DNA of 64,000 bases, taken from Spirochaetaceae bacterium (GTDB lineage Bacteria; Myxococcota_A; UBA9160; UBA4427). The notes under the pieces were generated by a model, which worked only from the letters and a program-made list of their open reading frames with translations, was not told the origin of the DNA and made no database searches. The stretch covers positions 60,753-124,752 of the forward strand of contig JACKFD010000016.1 of NCBI GenBank assembly GCA_020632655.1, written 5' to 3'. Shown in pieces: positions 46,738-57,377 of this stretch; within the stretch, counting starts at the first letter, position 1, and each line of letters starts with the position of its first letter. A program made the position numbers and the translations under genes.

Positions 46738-47922
46738 GTGCCCGATCCCGCCCCCCACGCCCGCCCCGAGGTCCTGGCCTGGAAGCGCTTCTGTCAGCGC
46801 ATCGAGGCGATGGGCGAACGCCTGCTCGCCGACGACTTTCCGAACGCCCCCGCCGACACGAGCGAGGGCATCGCACACCTCGCAGATCAGGTCTCCTGCT
46901 GGCTCGGCTGGTCCCTCGCGCATTCGGATACGACCGCGCCCTTCTTCCATCGCAGCAACGACCTCGCAACCCAATGGGGCGGGCCGAACCAGGACAACGC
47001 CTATCACCATGCCCGCATCGACGCAGGGCGCCGCTACCGCGTGCGCGGCAAGATGCACTCCTGCGAGCATTTCGTGATGACGATGCGGGTCGGCTTCATG
47101 CACATGAAGGAGTGGGGCACGAAGAAGGCGATCTCCTCCGTCGACCTCGGCCTGCGCCCCGGCGACGATTTCGAGATCCTGCTCGGCGGCGACGGAAGCG
47201 CGCCCGGCTGGCACGCGATCCCCCCGGACGTGACGACGCTCTCGCTGCGCGAGTACTACGTCGATTGGAAGCCGCAGGAGCCGGCCGTCTTCACGATCGA
47301 GTGCCTCGACGAGATCCCGACGCCGCCGCGCCTGGACGGCGCCCGCGTGGCCGCGGGCCTCGACCACGCCCTCGAGCAGGTCGAGCGCTCGATGGTCGGC
47401 TGGAACGAGTACCTGGCGACCCATCGCGCGAAGGGCCGCGACAACGTCTTCGCCCCCCAACAGACCGTCGCCAAGGGTCTCTCGGACGCGCGTTATGCCT
47501 TCCTCTTCTGGGATCTCGCGCCGGACGAAGTACTCCTGATCGAGACCGACGTACCGAAGGCACGCTACTGGGGACTGCAGCTCGCGACCCTCGGTTGGTT
47601 CGAGCAGGTCGACCCGATCCATCGCATCACCTCGATCAACCAGCACCAGGCCATCCCGAGCGCCGACGGCCGTGTGCGCTTCGTGCTCGCGCACACGGAC
47701 CCCGGCGTGCCGAACTGGCTCGACACCGGGGACCATCGCGAGGGCCTGCTCACCTATCGCTGGTTCTGGCCCGAGAGCGACCCGACGCCGACCGCGCGCG
47801 TGCTGCCCCTGGCCGAGATCGCCGACGCGCTGCCCGGCGACACACCGCGCGTCGACGCCGCGGCCCGGCGGGCGGAGATCGCCGCCCGCAAGGCGCACCT
47901 CGCCTGGCGCTTCCGGACCTGA
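46738..47922 (+). CDS. DUF1214-like protein (paralog 2 of 3)
   Basis: GAGGAG RBS + GTG. ...RLLADDFPNAPADTSEGIAHLADQV...WGGPNQDNAYHHARIDAGRRYRVRGKM...YWGLQLATLGWFE. Confidence 0.65.
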   Translation: MPDPAPHARPEVLAWKRFCQRIEAMGERLLADDFPNAPADTSEGIAHLADQVSCWLGWSLAHSDTTAPFFHRSNDLATQWGGPNQDNAYHHARIDAGRRYRVRGKMHSCEHFVMTMRVGFMHMKEWGTKKAISSVDLGLRPGDDFEILLGGDGSAPGWHAIPPDVTTLSLREYYVDWKPQEPAVFTIECLDEIPTPPRLDGARVAAGLDHALEQVERSMVGWNEYLATHRAKGRDNVFAPQQTVAKGLSDARYAFLFWDLAPDEVLLIETDVPKARYWGLQLATLGWFEQVDPIHRITSINQHQAIPSADGRVRFVLAHTDPGVPNWLDTGDHREGLLTYRWFWPESDPTPTARVLPLAEIADALPGDTPRVDAAARRAEIAARKAHLAWRFRT

Positions 47923-47931
47923 AGGCACGCG

Positions 47932-49221
47932 ATGCCGTGGACACCCCCGGAGCGGCCCGACTGGGTGCGCGCGATCAACGAAGGCCGGATCCCGCCGATC
48001 GCCGAGCAGGCCCGACGGCCCCTCGAACGCGACGCCCTCGTCGGCGAGGCGGCCGCACGGCTCGGCCTCGACGCGCGCTCCGCGGCCGGGCGCATCCGCG
48101 CGTTGGGTCGACCGGGCTTCGAGAGCGAGCCCGTCGTCGAGAACCTCGATCGACTGCTCCAGGCGCTCGAGGACGAGGCCGACCTGCACGCGACGGGCCG
48201 ATGGCTGACGCGGCGCTTCCTGCTGCGACTGCTCGAGGTGCGCTTCCAGATCCTGGCATGGCTCGACGCGGACCCGGGCGTGGTCGACGAGGAGATCGCG
48301 GTGCCCCTCTTCGTCGCCGGCGCGCCGCGAACCGGCACGACGATCCTGCACGCGCTGCTCGCGGCGGATCCGCGCCATCGCGTGCCCCTCGGCTGGGAGC
48401 TCCTGCGTCCCGTGCCGCCCCCGACCGCGACGCAAGCCGGCGAGGCGGAGGACCCGCGCATCGCCCTCGCCGACCGCGAGCTGGTCGCCCCCCAGACCGT
48501 CGTGAGTGGCCTGTCCGCGATCCACGAGTACGGCGGGCGCAAGCCGAAGGAGTGCCTCTCGGCGATGTCCTTCGCCTTCCAGTCCGAGGAGTTCACGGCG
48601 CGCTACGACGTGCCGAGCTATGCGCGCTGGCTCGAGGCCTCGGACATGATGCCCGCCTACGCGATGCATCGTCTCGTGCTGCAGCTCCTGCAGCGGCGCA
48701 CGGGACCGGCGGCCTGGGTGCTCAAGTCGCCCGTCCATCTGCACTCACTCCCGACGCTGCTCGCGACCTACCGCGACGCGCGCATCGCCGTCACCCATCG
48801 CGACCCCCTCGTGCTGCTCGCCTCGCTCACGAGCCTGATCGCGAGCCTGCGCTTCGCGCACTCGGAGCGGGTCGATCCGCAGGCGATCGCGCGCGGACAC
48901 GTCGAGCGCTACGCCGCGACCTTCGACCAGCTCGTCGACTGGGCCGACTCGGGCGCGCTGCCGGCCGAGCGCACACACCACAGCCACTTCCGCGACTTCC
49001 AACGCGACGCGCTCGGGATCGTGCGGGGACTCTACGCAGGGTTCGGGATCGGCCCGGACGAGGAGGCGGAGCGCGCGATGCGATCCGTCCTCGAGAGCGA
49101 GCGGAGCGAGGGGCCGGGCCGGCACGCCTACGACCCGCTGCCCGCCGCGGCGCTCGCACCGGCGGACCGAAGTCGCTTCGATCGCTACCGGACCCGTTTC
49201 GCCGTCCCCTCCGAGGCGTAG
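47932..49221 (+). CDS. sulfotransferase family protein
   Basis: 5'-PSB-type loop FVAGAPRTGTTILHALL. Later ...RDPLVLLASLTS (3'-PB-like region). 429 aa. Confidence 0.75.
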   Translation: MPWTPPERPDWVRAINEGRIPPIAEQARRPLERDALVGEAAARLGLDARSAAGRIRALGRPGFESEPVVENLDRLLQALEDEADLHATGRWLTRRFLLRLLEVRFQILAWLDADPGVVDEEIAVPLFVAGAPRTGTTILHALLAADPRHRVPLGWELLRPVPPPTATQAGEAEDPRIALADRELVAPQTVVSGLSAIHEYGGRKPKECLSAMSFAFQSEEFTARYDVPSYARWLEASDMMPAYAMHRLVLQLLQRRTGPAAWVLKSPVHLHSLPTLLATYRDARIAVTHRDPLVLLASLTSLIASLRFAHSERVDPQAIARGHVERYAATFDQLVDWADSGALPAERTHHSHFRDFQRDALGIVRGLYAGFGIGPDEEAERAMRSVLESERSEGPGRHAYDPLPAAALAPADRSRFDRYRTRFAVPSEA

Positions 49222-49329
49222 TCGAGCGCCCGGCGCCTGGGTTACGCTCGGCCGCCCGATGGACGGACCGCGACGGCGCGGTCCGACGTCCGATCCGGAT
49301 CGCCAGCTCGCAGGAGAGAGAACACGACC

Positions 49330-49812
49330 ATGCCGAACTACACCCCCGAAGAGCAGCGCAACATCGACGTGACCCATCGCCTCTTCGACACGGCGAATCC
49401 CGAGGACAAGTCGCTGCTCTTCGCCGAGGACGCCGTGTGGTGGAACGGGCTGCCCTACGTGGGGGCCACGCCCGGCGAGACCGAGCACAAGGGGCGCGGT
49501 GCGATCAAGGCGATCCTGACGGGCGCCACGGGCGGGCCGCGCAAGGGCAAGACCGGCGTCGACGCCTACGACGTCTCGACGATCCGGAACGAGGACGTGG
49601 TCCTGCTCGCGGACGGCGACTTCGTCGTGCGACAGCACACGATGTACGCGAAGACCCATGGTGGCCGCGACTACTGCAACGTCTACTGCTTCGTCTTCCG
49701 CTTCAACGCGAAGGGCGAGATCCAGTACCTGACCGAGCACTGGAATACCTGGCACGCCTGGAACGTGATCTTCAACAACTTCGAGATGGAGCCGGCGCAT
49801 CCGAACGGCTGA
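49330..49812 (+). CDS. NTF2-like (SnoaL-like) protein
   Basis: 160 aa. ...DAVWWNGLPYVG...CNVYCFVFRFNAKGEIQYLTEHWNT. Confidence 0.65.
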   Translation: MPNYTPEEQRNIDVTHRLFDTANPEDKSLLFAEDAVWWNGLPYVGATPGETEHKGRGAIKAILTGATGGPRKGKTGVDAYDVSTIRNEDVVLLADGDFVVRQHTMYAKTHGGRDYCNVYCFVFRFNAKGEIQYLTEHWNTWHAWNVIFNNFEMEPAHPNG

Positions 49813-49844
49813 GCCGCCCGGCACCGCAGCACGAGGAATCCCCC

Positions 49845-50876
49845 ATGGAGCTCGACATCATCGCCCATCCCCGCGCGCTCGCGGCCTCGGGCGAGCACGC
49901 ACGCCAGGTCGAGGAGGCCGGCTTCGGCGGCGTCTGGTGGACCGACTCGGGCCGCTCGGCCTACCTCGCCTGCACGGCCTCCGCCCTCGCGACGACGCGC
50001 CTGCAGATCGGGACCGGGATCGCGGTCGCCTTTCCGCGCAGCCCGATGGTCACGGCAGGCATCGCCTGGGAGCTCGCCGCGGCGACCGGCGGCCGCTTCG
50101 TCCTCGGCCTCGGCAGCCAGGTCAAGGGACACATCGAGCGACGCTACAGCTGCGAGTTCTCGCCCCCCGGACCGCGCATGAAGGAGTACGTCGAGTCGGT
50201 CAAGGCGATCTTCCGCGCCTTCGCCGGACAGGAGAAGCTCCACTACGAGGGCCGCTACTACCACTTCTCGCTCCTGCCCGATACCTGGAGCCCGGGACCG
50301 ATCGACGTGCCGGCGCCCCCCGTCTACATCTCGGCCGTCCTTCCGTACATGAGCCGCCTCGTCGGCGAGGTCGCCGACGGCATCCACGTGCATCCCTTCC
50401 ACTCCCCCGCCTACGTGCGCGACGTGCAGTGCAAGGCGATCCAGGAAGGCCTCGCGCGCTCCGGGCGCTCGATCTCGGAGATCACCTTCTCGATCCCGAT
50501 CATGACTGCCGTCGGCGACACGGACGAAGAGCTCGAGCGCACGCGCGGGCACTCGCGCATGATGATCGCCTTCTACGGCTCGACCCGGGCCTACTCCCCG
50601 GTCTTCGAGCACCACGGCTATGCGGGGCTCTCCGACGAGCTCTACGAGCGCCAGAAGCGCGGCGACGTGCCGGGCATGCTCGCCGCCGTGACCGACGACG
50701 TGCTCGACCACTACGTCGTCACCTCGAGCTGGAACGATCTCGGCCCCACCCTCGTCGCGCGCTACCGCGACATCGGCCCGAACGTCCGGGTCACGTCCTA
50801 TACGGCCGCCGACGGCTGGTCCGACCCGGCCATGCGCGAGAAGTGGTCCCACGTGGCGCGGGCCATGCGCGGCTGA
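49845..50876 (+). CDS. luciferase-like monooxygenase (LLM class, F420-dependent-type oxidoreductase)
   Basis: MELDIIAHPRALAASGEHARQVEEAGFGGVWWTDSGRSAYLACTASALATTRLQIGTGIAVAFPRSPM... This is the only real part of the 1300-aa track ORF 46974-50876. Confidence 0.85.
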   Translation: MELDIIAHPRALAASGEHARQVEEAGFGGVWWTDSGRSAYLACTASALATTRLQIGTGIAVAFPRSPMVTAGIAWELAAATGGRFVLGLGSQVKGHIERRYSCEFSPPGPRMKEYVESVKAIFRAFAGQEKLHYEGRYYHFSLLPDTWSPGPIDVPAPPVYISAVLPYMSRLVGEVADGIHVHPFHSPAYVRDVQCKAIQEGLARSGRSISEITFSIPIMTAVGDTDEELERTRGHSRMMIAFYGSTRAYSPVFEHHGYAGLSDELYERQKRGDVPGMLAAVTDDVLDHYVVTSSWNDLGPTLVARYRDIGPNVRVTSYTAADGWSDPAMREKWSHVARAMRG

Positions 50877-50940
50877 GACGGAGCGGACGCGCCGAGCCTC
50901 GTCGTACCCGCGCGCACACACGCGCCCTGCCGGTCGGGCC

Positions 50941-52011
50941 TCAGATCCGCGCGTGCTCGCGCAGCGCCGCGCGGCTCTCGAGATCCTCGATCGCCGCCGA
51001 GGCGCGCTCGAGGAAGGCCGCCGCGAAGCGCTTGCGCCGCGGCGTCGCGTCGGGCGGGAAGGTGACGATCTGGCAGGACGCCGGGGCGAGATAGGCCGCG
51101 TGCAGGCGATGCGCGAGCCAGGCCGCGTCGAAGCCGATCGACAGCCCGCCGAGCGCGCGACGCGCCTCGAGATAGTGCCGGATCAGCGCACGCTCGTGCG
51201 CTCGTCGATCGGCCACCGAGAGCGACATGGCGAGGAAATACGACAGGTCGCGCAAGGGCGTGCTCACGACGACCATCCCCCAGTCGAGGAACCCGACCCG
51301 GCCTGCGTCGAAGAAGAGGTTGCCGATGTGGCAGTCGCCGTGGATCACCGTCGCGGGCCCCGCGGACCAGACCGCGTGCAGGGCGTCGCGCTCGTCGATG
51401 TAGAGCGTGGCCATCTCCGCGAACGCGTCGGTCAGCTTCTCGCGATGCTGCGCGAGCCCTTCGGCGAGGCGCATCGAACCGTAATCCGAGGGCGGATCGG
51501 GCGGCGCCACCCAGCCCGCCTCCCGCCGACGCGTGGCCGCATCCTCGAAGCGCACGTGCAGGCCGGCCAGATCCTCGAGCGCACGCGCCGCCGCGTCGAC
51601 CGAGGGACTCTCCGGCCCGCTCGAGACGGTGCAGCCCGTCGTCTCGAGGTCCTCGAGCAGCAGCACGAAGGCCCCGTCCGACGGATCGAGGTCGACGGCA
51701 TGGACCCGCGGCACGCGCATCGCGAGCTTCGGCGCGAGATCGGCGTAGAAGCGCGCTTCGCGCAGCCCCATGTTCGTCGCCGCGATCGCCGATCGCCGCG
51801 TCGGGTCGTTCGGCAGGAGCTTGCAGAAGAGCGACTCCGGCGCGCCCGCCGCCTCGTCGTAGCGGACCCGCAGCCAGGCATGGGCGTTCGTGACCTCGGC
51901 GCGCTGCGCGATCTCGACCGCAGCCACGCGCACCCCCGGATGCCGCGCCGAGAGCGCCCGCGTGAGCCACGCGGGATCGATCGCCTCGGCCCGCGCCGGG
52001 ACGTCGGCCAC
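50941..52011 (-). CDS. phosphotransferase, APH / ecdysteroid-kinase-like family
   Basis: GTG start. Catalytic loop VIHGDCHIGNLFF and FLDWG. Confidence 0.8.
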   Translation of the reverse strand: MADVPARAEAIDPAWLTRALSARHPGVRVAAVEIAQRAEVTNAHAWLRVRYDEAAGAPESLFCKLLPNDPTRRSAIAATNMGLREARFYADLAPKLAMRVPRVHAVDLDPSDGAFVLLLEDLETTGCTVSSGPESPSVDAAARALEDLAGLHVRFEDAATRRREAGWVAPPDPPSDYGSMRLAEGLAQHREKLTDAFAEMATLYIDERDALHAVWSAGPATVIHGDCHIGNLFFDAGRVGFLDWGMVVVSTPLRDLSYFLAMSLSVADRRAHERALIRHYLEARRALGGLSIGFDAAWLAHRLHAAYLAPASCQIVTFPPDATPRRKRFAAAFLERASAAIEDLESRAALREHARI

Positions 52012-52015
52012 GACG

Positions 52016-52798
52016 CTAGGCCCCGCCCTTGTTGCCGCTCTTCACCCGGTCGAGGATCTCGCCGGCGCCCATCTGCGACAGATGCGGCCCCGCCTGGAGG
52101 TCGCCGAGGGTGCGGATCACGGAGCGCCCGCCACGCGCCTCGACAGCCGTGTGCACGGCACGTTTGTTGACGGCGAGCACCGCCGTGGCCACGCCCGCCA
52201 TGCGCGCGGCGATCTCGAGCACGCGCGCCTCGAGCTCCGCAGCCGGGAAGGCCTGATTGACGAGACCGATCCGCGCGGCCTCGGCCCCGCTGAACTCCCG
52301 CCCCGCCACCTGCAGCTCCATCGCGTGTCGCGCCGAGAGATGCACGGGGAACCAGTCGAAGTCCGGAAGCGCGAACTTCGTGACCGGGTGCGAGAGCCGC
52401 GCGTCCTCCGCGGCGTAGGCGAGATCGCAGGCGCCCACGAGCTCGAGCCCCCCGGCCATCGCGTAGCCGTGCACCTGCGCGATCACCGGCTTCGCGAGGT
52501 CCCAGATCGACATCCAGCCCTCGCTCACGTGCCGCGCCCACTGCATCCCCACCTGGGAGGTCCAGTAGGGCTGGTCCGAACCGAGGTCCGAGCCCAGGTC
52601 GTAGCCCGAGGAGAAGCATTTCCCCGCGCCGCGCACGATCGAGACCCGCACGCTCTCGTCCCCGTCCGCCGCGCGCAGGCCCTCGAGCAGCTCGCGGCGG
52701 AGCGCGTTGTCCATCGCGTTGCGCTTCTCCGGCCGGTTCAGCGTGAAGCGCCGAATGCCCGGCGCCGGATCGTCGGTCAGGACTCTCTCTTCCGTCAT
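52016..52798 (-). CDS. enoyl-CoA hydratase/isomerase family protein
   Basis: [16 protein letters not shown]...[15 protein letters not shown]...[19 protein letters not shown]. Intact paralog of 1148-2055. Confidence 0.9.
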   Translation of the reverse strand: MTEERVLTDDPAPGIRRFTLNRPEKRNAMDNALRRELLEGLRAADGDESVRVSIVRGAGKCFSSGYDLGSDLGSDQPYWTSQVGMQWARHVSEGWMSIWDLAKPVIAQVHGYAMAGGLELVGACDLAYAAEDARLSHPVTKFALPDFDWFPVHLSARHAMELQVAGREFSGAEAARIGLVNQAFPAAELEARVLEIAARMAGVATAVLAVNKRAVHTAVEARGGRSVIRTLGDLQAGPHLSQMGAGEILDRVKSGNKGGA

Positions 52799-52829
52799 GC
52801 ATCGTCTCCGATCGCCGGCCGCGCCGGCG

Positions 52830-53606
52830 CTACATCACGATCGCGCCGGCCGTCACGTGGAGCTCGACGCCCGTGACGTTCCGCGCACGCTCCGAACAGA
52901 GGTAGAGGCACGCCTCGGCGATGTCCTCGGGATCGACGTGCCGCTGGAGGGCCGCCTCCTTCGCGGCCCGCTCGCTCATCGCCTCGGGCGTGATGCCCGC
53001 CCCCGCAGCGAGCTGCGCCATCAGCCGGTCGAGGGGCTCGCCCGTCGTGAAGCCGGGCGTGACGACGTTGACGCGTACGCCGTGCCGGCCCATCTCCCGC
53101 GCCATCGTCTTCGACATCGCGATCATCGCGGCCTTCGTCGAGCTGTACTCGGAGTTCTTCGGAATGAAGGCCGTGGTCGAGAGGGTGCCGATGTTGACGA
53201 TGCCACCGCCGCCGGTCTCGACCATGCGCCTGGCCGCCTCGCCGCAGAGCGTCATCGTGCCGATCACGTTCAGCTGCAGCGACTCGCCGTAGCTCGTCCA
53301 GTCGAAGTCGACGACGCGCTGGCGCGGGAAGGGATGCGTGGCGACGTTCACGAGGGCATCGATCCGGCCGAGCTCCCGGACCGTATCCGCCACGAGGCGA
53401 CGGCAGGCGTCGACGTCCTTGACGTCGCAGGCCATGGGCAGGACGCGGCGTCCGGTCGCGTCCGCGATCTCGGCGGCCAGCGACGCGAGCGCCTCCGGCC
53501 GCCGCGCCGCCACGACGACGTCCGCGCCGTCCTCGGCGAAGGCCTGCGCCGTCGCGCGTCCGATCCCCGGTCCCGCCCCCGTCACCAGGGCGACCCGGCC
53601 CCGCAT
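52830..53606 (-). CDS. SDR family oxidoreductase
   Basis: [28 protein letters not shown]. Confidence 0.88.
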   Translation of the reverse strand: MRGRVALVTGAGPGIGRATAQAFAEDGADVVVAARRPEALASLAAEIADATGRRVLPMACDVKDVDACRRLVADTVRELGRIDALVNVATHPFPRQRVVDFDWTSYGESLQLNVIGTMTLCGEAARRMVETGGGGIVNIGTLSTTAFIPKNSEYSSTKAAMIAMSKTMAREMGRHGVRVNVVTPGFTTGEPLDRLMAQLAAGAGITPEAMSERAAKEAALQRHVDPEDIAEACLYLCSERARNVTGVELHVTAGAIVM

Positions 53607-53776
53607 CGTCCGATCCAACACCCGACCTCCCGGCTGATTCCCCGATCCGTCCTGCGACGCGGGGCGCAACCCCTGCCATGCGTCTCGCGGCCCGAGCCGC
53701 ACGACGCATCCCGCGCGCGCGGCCACGCTAGCGAACTCGCGACCCGTCCGGACGCATCGCCCACGTCCCACGCCTC

Positions 53777-53812
53777 GGCCCGGGGGCGGCGTGTCGAGGC
53801 CCGGGGGCGGCG
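53777..53812. promoter_or_regulatory. 15-bp direct repeat x2 (GGCCCGGGGGCGGCG, 21-bp period) upstream of the ABC exporter
   Basis: Identical copies at 53777-53791 and 53798-53812, immediately followed by a TAGACT box at 53815. Confidence 0.4.
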
Positions 53813-53879
53813 GTTAGACTCCGCCCGCCCAGCAGCCCGATCGGATGTCGTCCTGACTGCCTCGCCCCCGAAAGCAAAG

Positions 53880-55715
53880 ATGTCCGCCTCGGACGACACC
53901 TCGACGCGAACCTCCGCATCGGACGACCCGGAAGCTCGACCCCGGAGCCGTCGACTTCGGCCGCTGCGTGCGCTCCTGCCCTTCCTACGCCCCTACCGAC
54001 TCGTCGTGCTCGCTGCCTTCGCCGCCCTCGTGGCGTCGACCGCGGTCATGCTCGTCGTGCCCGTGACCGTGCGCGCCGTGATCGACCAGGGCTTTTCGCG
54101 CGAGAGCGCCGCAGCGATCGACGAGTCGTTCCTGGCGCTGCTCGCGGTCGCCGCGCTGATGGGGGCGACGAGCTCGATCCGCTTCTTCCTCGTCTCGTGG
54201 ATCGGCGAGCGCGTCGTGACGGACCTGCGTGCCGCCGTCTTCGATCACGTGATCGGCCAGAGTCCCGCCTTCTTCGAGACGAGCCATACGGGCGAGATCC
54301 AGTCGCGATTGACGACGGATACGACCTTGATCAAGACGGTCGTCGGGTCGACGGTCTCGATCGCGCTGCGCAACGCCTTCACGTTCCTGGGCTCGGCGGC
54401 GATGCTCTTCTATACGAGCCCACGTCTGTCGGGGCTCGTGCTGCTCGCGATCCCCGCGATCGCCTTGCCGCTGATCGGCTTCGGGCGACTCGTGCGACGG
54501 CTCTCCCGTCGCAGCCAGGACACCCTCGCCGACACGAACGTCTTCGCGGCCGAGGCCCTCGGCTTCGTCCAGACCGTCCAGGCCTTCACCCACGAGGGCG
54601 CCGACCGGCGCCGCTATCGCGACGTCGTCGAGGTCGCCTTCCGCGCCGCGCGAGCGCGCATGGCGGCGCGAGCCTGGCTCACGGCGCTCGTGATCTTCCT
54701 CGTCTTCGCCTTCGTGATCGCGATCCTGCGGGTCGGCGCGCAGGCCGTGCTCGAGGACCGCATGAGCGGGGGCGAGCTCGGGCAGTTCGTGCTCTACGCG
54801 CTCTTCTGTGCGATGAGCCTCGGCGCCTTGACGGAGGTCTGGGGTGACCTGCAGCTCGCCGCGGGCGCCGCGGAGCGCCTCTTCGAGCTGCTGGGCATCG
54901 AGCCCCTGATCGCCCCGCCGCCCCGTCCGCAGCCCCTGCCCGAGCCGGCTCGGGGCCGGGTCGCCTTCGAGCACGTCGACTTCGCCTACCCGACGCGCCG
55001 GGAGACCGGCGCCCTCGTCGACTGCTCGTTCGTCGCGGCGCCCGGCGAGACGATCGCGATCGTCGGCCCGTCGGGCGCGGGCAAGAGCACGCTCTTCCGA
55101 CTGCTGCTGCGCTTCTACGATCCGGATCGCGGCCGCGTGCTCGTCGACGGCGTCGACGTGCGCAGCGCGGACCCGCGTGAGATCCGCCGCCGGATCGCGA
55201 TCGTGCCCCAGGAGTCGGCGATCTTCTCCGACACGCTGCGCGAGAACATCCGCTACGGACGCCCGGAGGCGGGCGACGCCGAGGTCGAGGCGGCCGCCCG
55301 TGCGGCGCTCGTCGACGAGTTCGCCGAACGTCTGCCCGAGGGCTGGGACACGCCCCTCGGCGAGCGCGGCCTCACCCTCTCCGGCGGCCAGCGACAACGC
55401 GTCGCGATCGCCCGGGCGATCCTGAAGGATGCGCCGATCCTGCTCCTCGACGAGGCGACGAGCTCCCTCGACTCCCAGAGCGAGCGCCTCGTGCAGACGG
55501 CTCTCGAGCGACTCGAACACGGTCGCACGACCCTCGTGATCGCCCATCGCCTGGCGACCGTCCGCGACGCCGACCGCATCCTCGTGCTCGACGGGGGACG
55601 CCTCGTCGCCTGCGGCGCGCATGCGGAGCTGCTCGCGGCGGGCGGCCTCTACGCCGACCTCGCCCGGATGCAGCTCGAGCTCGAGCGGCCCGCATCCGAC
55701 GGGGTCGCGTCCTAG
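53880..55715 (+). CDS. ABC transporter, fused permease/ATPase (ABCB/MsbA-like exporter)
   Basis: 6-TM N-terminal half. Walker [10 protein letters not shown], signature LSGGQRQR, Walker [11 protein letters not shown]-loop IAHRL. Confidence 0.92.
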   Translation: MSASDDTSTRTSASDDPEARPRSRRLRPLRALLPFLRPYRLVVLAAFAALVASTAVMLVVPVTVRAVIDQGFSRESAAAIDESFLALLAVAALMGATSSIRFFLVSWIGERVVTDLRAAVFDHVIGQSPAFFETSHTGEIQSRLTTDTTLIKTVVGSTVSIALRNAFTFLGSAAMLFYTSPRLSGLVLLAIPAIALPLIGFGRLVRRLSRRSQDTLADTNVFAAEALGFVQTVQAFTHEGADRRRYRDVVEVAFRAARARMAARAWLTALVIFLVFAFVIAILRVGAQAVLEDRMSGGELGQFVLYALFCAMSLGALTEVWGDLQLAAGAAERLFELLGIEPLIAPPPRPQPLPEPARGRVAFEHVDFAYPTRRETGALVDCSFVAAPGETIAIVGPSGAGKSTLFRLLLRFYDPDRGRVLVDGVDVRSADPREIRRRIAIVPQESAIFSDTLRENIRYGRPEAGDAEVEAAARAALVDEFAERLPEGWDTPLGERGLTLSGGQRQRVAIARAILKDAPILLLDEATSSLDSQSERLVQTALERLEHGRTTLVIAHRLATVRDADRILVLDGGRLVACGAHAELLAAGGLYADLARMQLELERPASDGVAS

Positions 55716-56062
55716 AAGATCCAGCCCGGCGTGCCAGGCTCGGGCAGCTCGTGGATCCAGTGGAACTCGAAGCCGTGCTGACGCGCGTAGACGTAGTCGG
55801 CGTTGCCGTCGCCCACGTGGATCCATCGCGTCGCCTGCGGAAAGCGCGCCCGCACCTCGTCGAGCATGTGCTTGTGGCCCACGAAGGCCAGCTCGAGGTC
55901 GTGCTCTTCGCAGAGGCGGCGCTGGTCCGAGACGACGCGGTCGGAGGCCGTGCCGACGATGTAGCCGCGGTCGAGGGCGTGACGCACGAGGGCAAGGGAG
56001 AAGGCGCCGGGGGGATCACCGATCTCGAGGGTGCCGTCGATGTCGAGGCTGAGCAGGATCAA
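55712..56062 (-). CDS. small cap-less HAD-superfamily hydrolase; start uncertain
   Basis: Motif [10 protein letters not shown], motif II GTASDR, Lys region GHKHM, motif IV VGDGNAD. TTG at 56062 or an upstream alternative. Confidence 0.55.
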   Translation of the reverse strand: MILLSLDIDGTLEIGDPPGAFSLALVRHALDRGYIVGTASDRVVSDQRRLCEEHDLELAFVGHKHMLDEVRARFPQATRWIHVGDGNADYVYARQHGFEFHWIHELPEPGTPGWIF

Positions 56063-56246
56063 GCCGGGTCTCGCGTGGGGTGCGTCGGGGCCGACGATAC
56101 CCGACCGGGTGCTTCGTGGCGGGTGCTGGCGGGGGCGGCCGCGAGCGTCGATATTCCGGGGCGGGCCGACGCCCGATCCGCACCGAGAGCCCGTCGCGAA
56201 GAGGCCGGCGCGCGCCGTCCCGCCCGCCCACGCCAGGAGAATCGTC

Positions 56247-57377
56247 ATGCCGAGCACGGAACGCCTGATCTCCTCCGACGACCACGTCGACCTCGCCCAC
56301 GACGCCATCAAGCGTCACCTCGCGACGAAGTACCACGCCGCCTACGACGACGCGCTGATGCGCTTCGGCGCGGCGATGGCGAGCTCGATGAGCATGGACG
56401 CGAACGCGAAGTGGCGGGAGCAGCGCGGCCTCGAGCCGGCGGCCCCGGGCCTGAACCCGATGCAGAGCCTCGCGGGCCGTCGCCATCCCGCCGCGGGCCG
56501 CGCGGGTCATACGGATGCGAAGGCCCGCCTCGAGGACCTCACGACCGACGGGATCGACGCCTCCGTCCTCTACTGCGAGGTCAGCGCCTTCCGCTACCTC
56601 TACCTCCTGAAGGAGGGCAACCGCGAAGCGACTCGCGCCTTCAACACGGCCATGACCGAGTTCGCCTCCGCCGATCCGTCGCGACTGATCAGCTCCTACC
56701 AGATCCCGATCCACGACATCGACGGTGCGATCGCCGAGGTCGAGTGGGTGGCCAGGCAGGGCGGGAAGTCGTTGCAGCTGCCGGTCTTCCCGGCGGAGCT
56801 CGGGCTGCCCGACTACTGGGACGAGCGCTACGACCCGCTCTGGGCCGTGATCCAGGAGACGAACCTGCCGATCTGCCTGCACATCGGCCTCAACACCCAG
56901 CTCGAGAGCCTCGCCCGCCGCGACCCGACGCCGCAGAAGGGCATCTTCGTCGGCGCCGTCGCGCTCTCGACCGCCGAGCCCCTCGGCATGTTCATCATGG
57001 GCGGCGTCTTCGAGCGCTTCCCCGGCCTCAAGGTCGTCTTCGTCGAGCCCGGCCTCGGCTGGGCCGCCTGGTGGCTCTACATCGTCGACGACCTCACGAA
57101 GCGCCAGGGCTACGACTACCCCGCGATCCGCGAGCTCCCGAGCTTCTACTTCCATCGCAACGTCTTCCTCACCTTCATCGACGAGCCCGACGCCTACGCC
57201 CTCGCCACGAGCCGCCTCGGCGTCGACAACATCATGTGGTCCTCGGACTACCCGCACCCGGTGTCGAGCTGGCCCTCCTCCCACGCCATCGTCGACCGGA
57301 TGTTCGACGGCATCCCGGCCGGCGATCGCCGCAAGATCGTCTGCGACAACGCCGCGCGCGTCTGGAACCTGGCATGA
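56247..57377 (+). CDS. amidohydrolase-2 (ACMSD/decarboxylase-hydratase-like) family protein
   Basis: CAGGAGA RBS. SSDDHVDL metal motif, ...ICLHIG..., SSDYPHP. Confidence 0.8.
   Translation: MPSTERLISSDDHVDLAHDAIKRHLATKYHAAYDDALMRFGAAMASSMSMDANAKWREQRGLEPAAPGLNPMQSLAGRRHPAAGRAGHTDAKARLEDLTTDGIDASVLYCEVSAFRYLYLLKEGNREATRAFNTAMTEFASADPSRLISSYQIPIHDIDGAIAEVEWVARQGGKSLQLPVFPAELGLPDYWDERYDPLWAVIQETNLPICLHIGLNTQLESLARRDPTPQKGIFVGAVALSTAEPLGMFIMGGVFERFPGLKVVFVEPGLGWAAWWLYIVDDLTKRQGYDYPAIRELPSFYFHRNVFLTFIDEPDAYALATSRLGVDNIMWSSDYPHPVSSWPSSHAIVDRMFDGIPAGDRRKIVCDNAARVWNLA

Noticed and set aside
46378-48744. 788-aa minus-strand ORF
   Set aside because: It is antisense to the DUF1214 and sulfotransferase genes, with no motifs and poor GC3.
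46974-49844. First ~950 aa of the 1300-aa plus-strand ORF 46974-50876
   Set aside because: It runs out of frame through the DUF1214, sulfotransferase and NTF2 genes, and its sequence is Arg/Pro/Ala junk. Only the last 343 aa (from ATG 49845) form the LLM oxidoreductase.
52008-52019. Identical 12-nt gene junction CCACGACGCTAG here and at 60346-60357 (TAG stop, CGTC, GTG start on the minus strand); possible coupling signal
   Set aside because: At the second site the better start is ATG 60313, which has a strong RBS and aligns with the N-terminus of paralog 18808-19932. The shared 12-mer is therefore probably coincidental.
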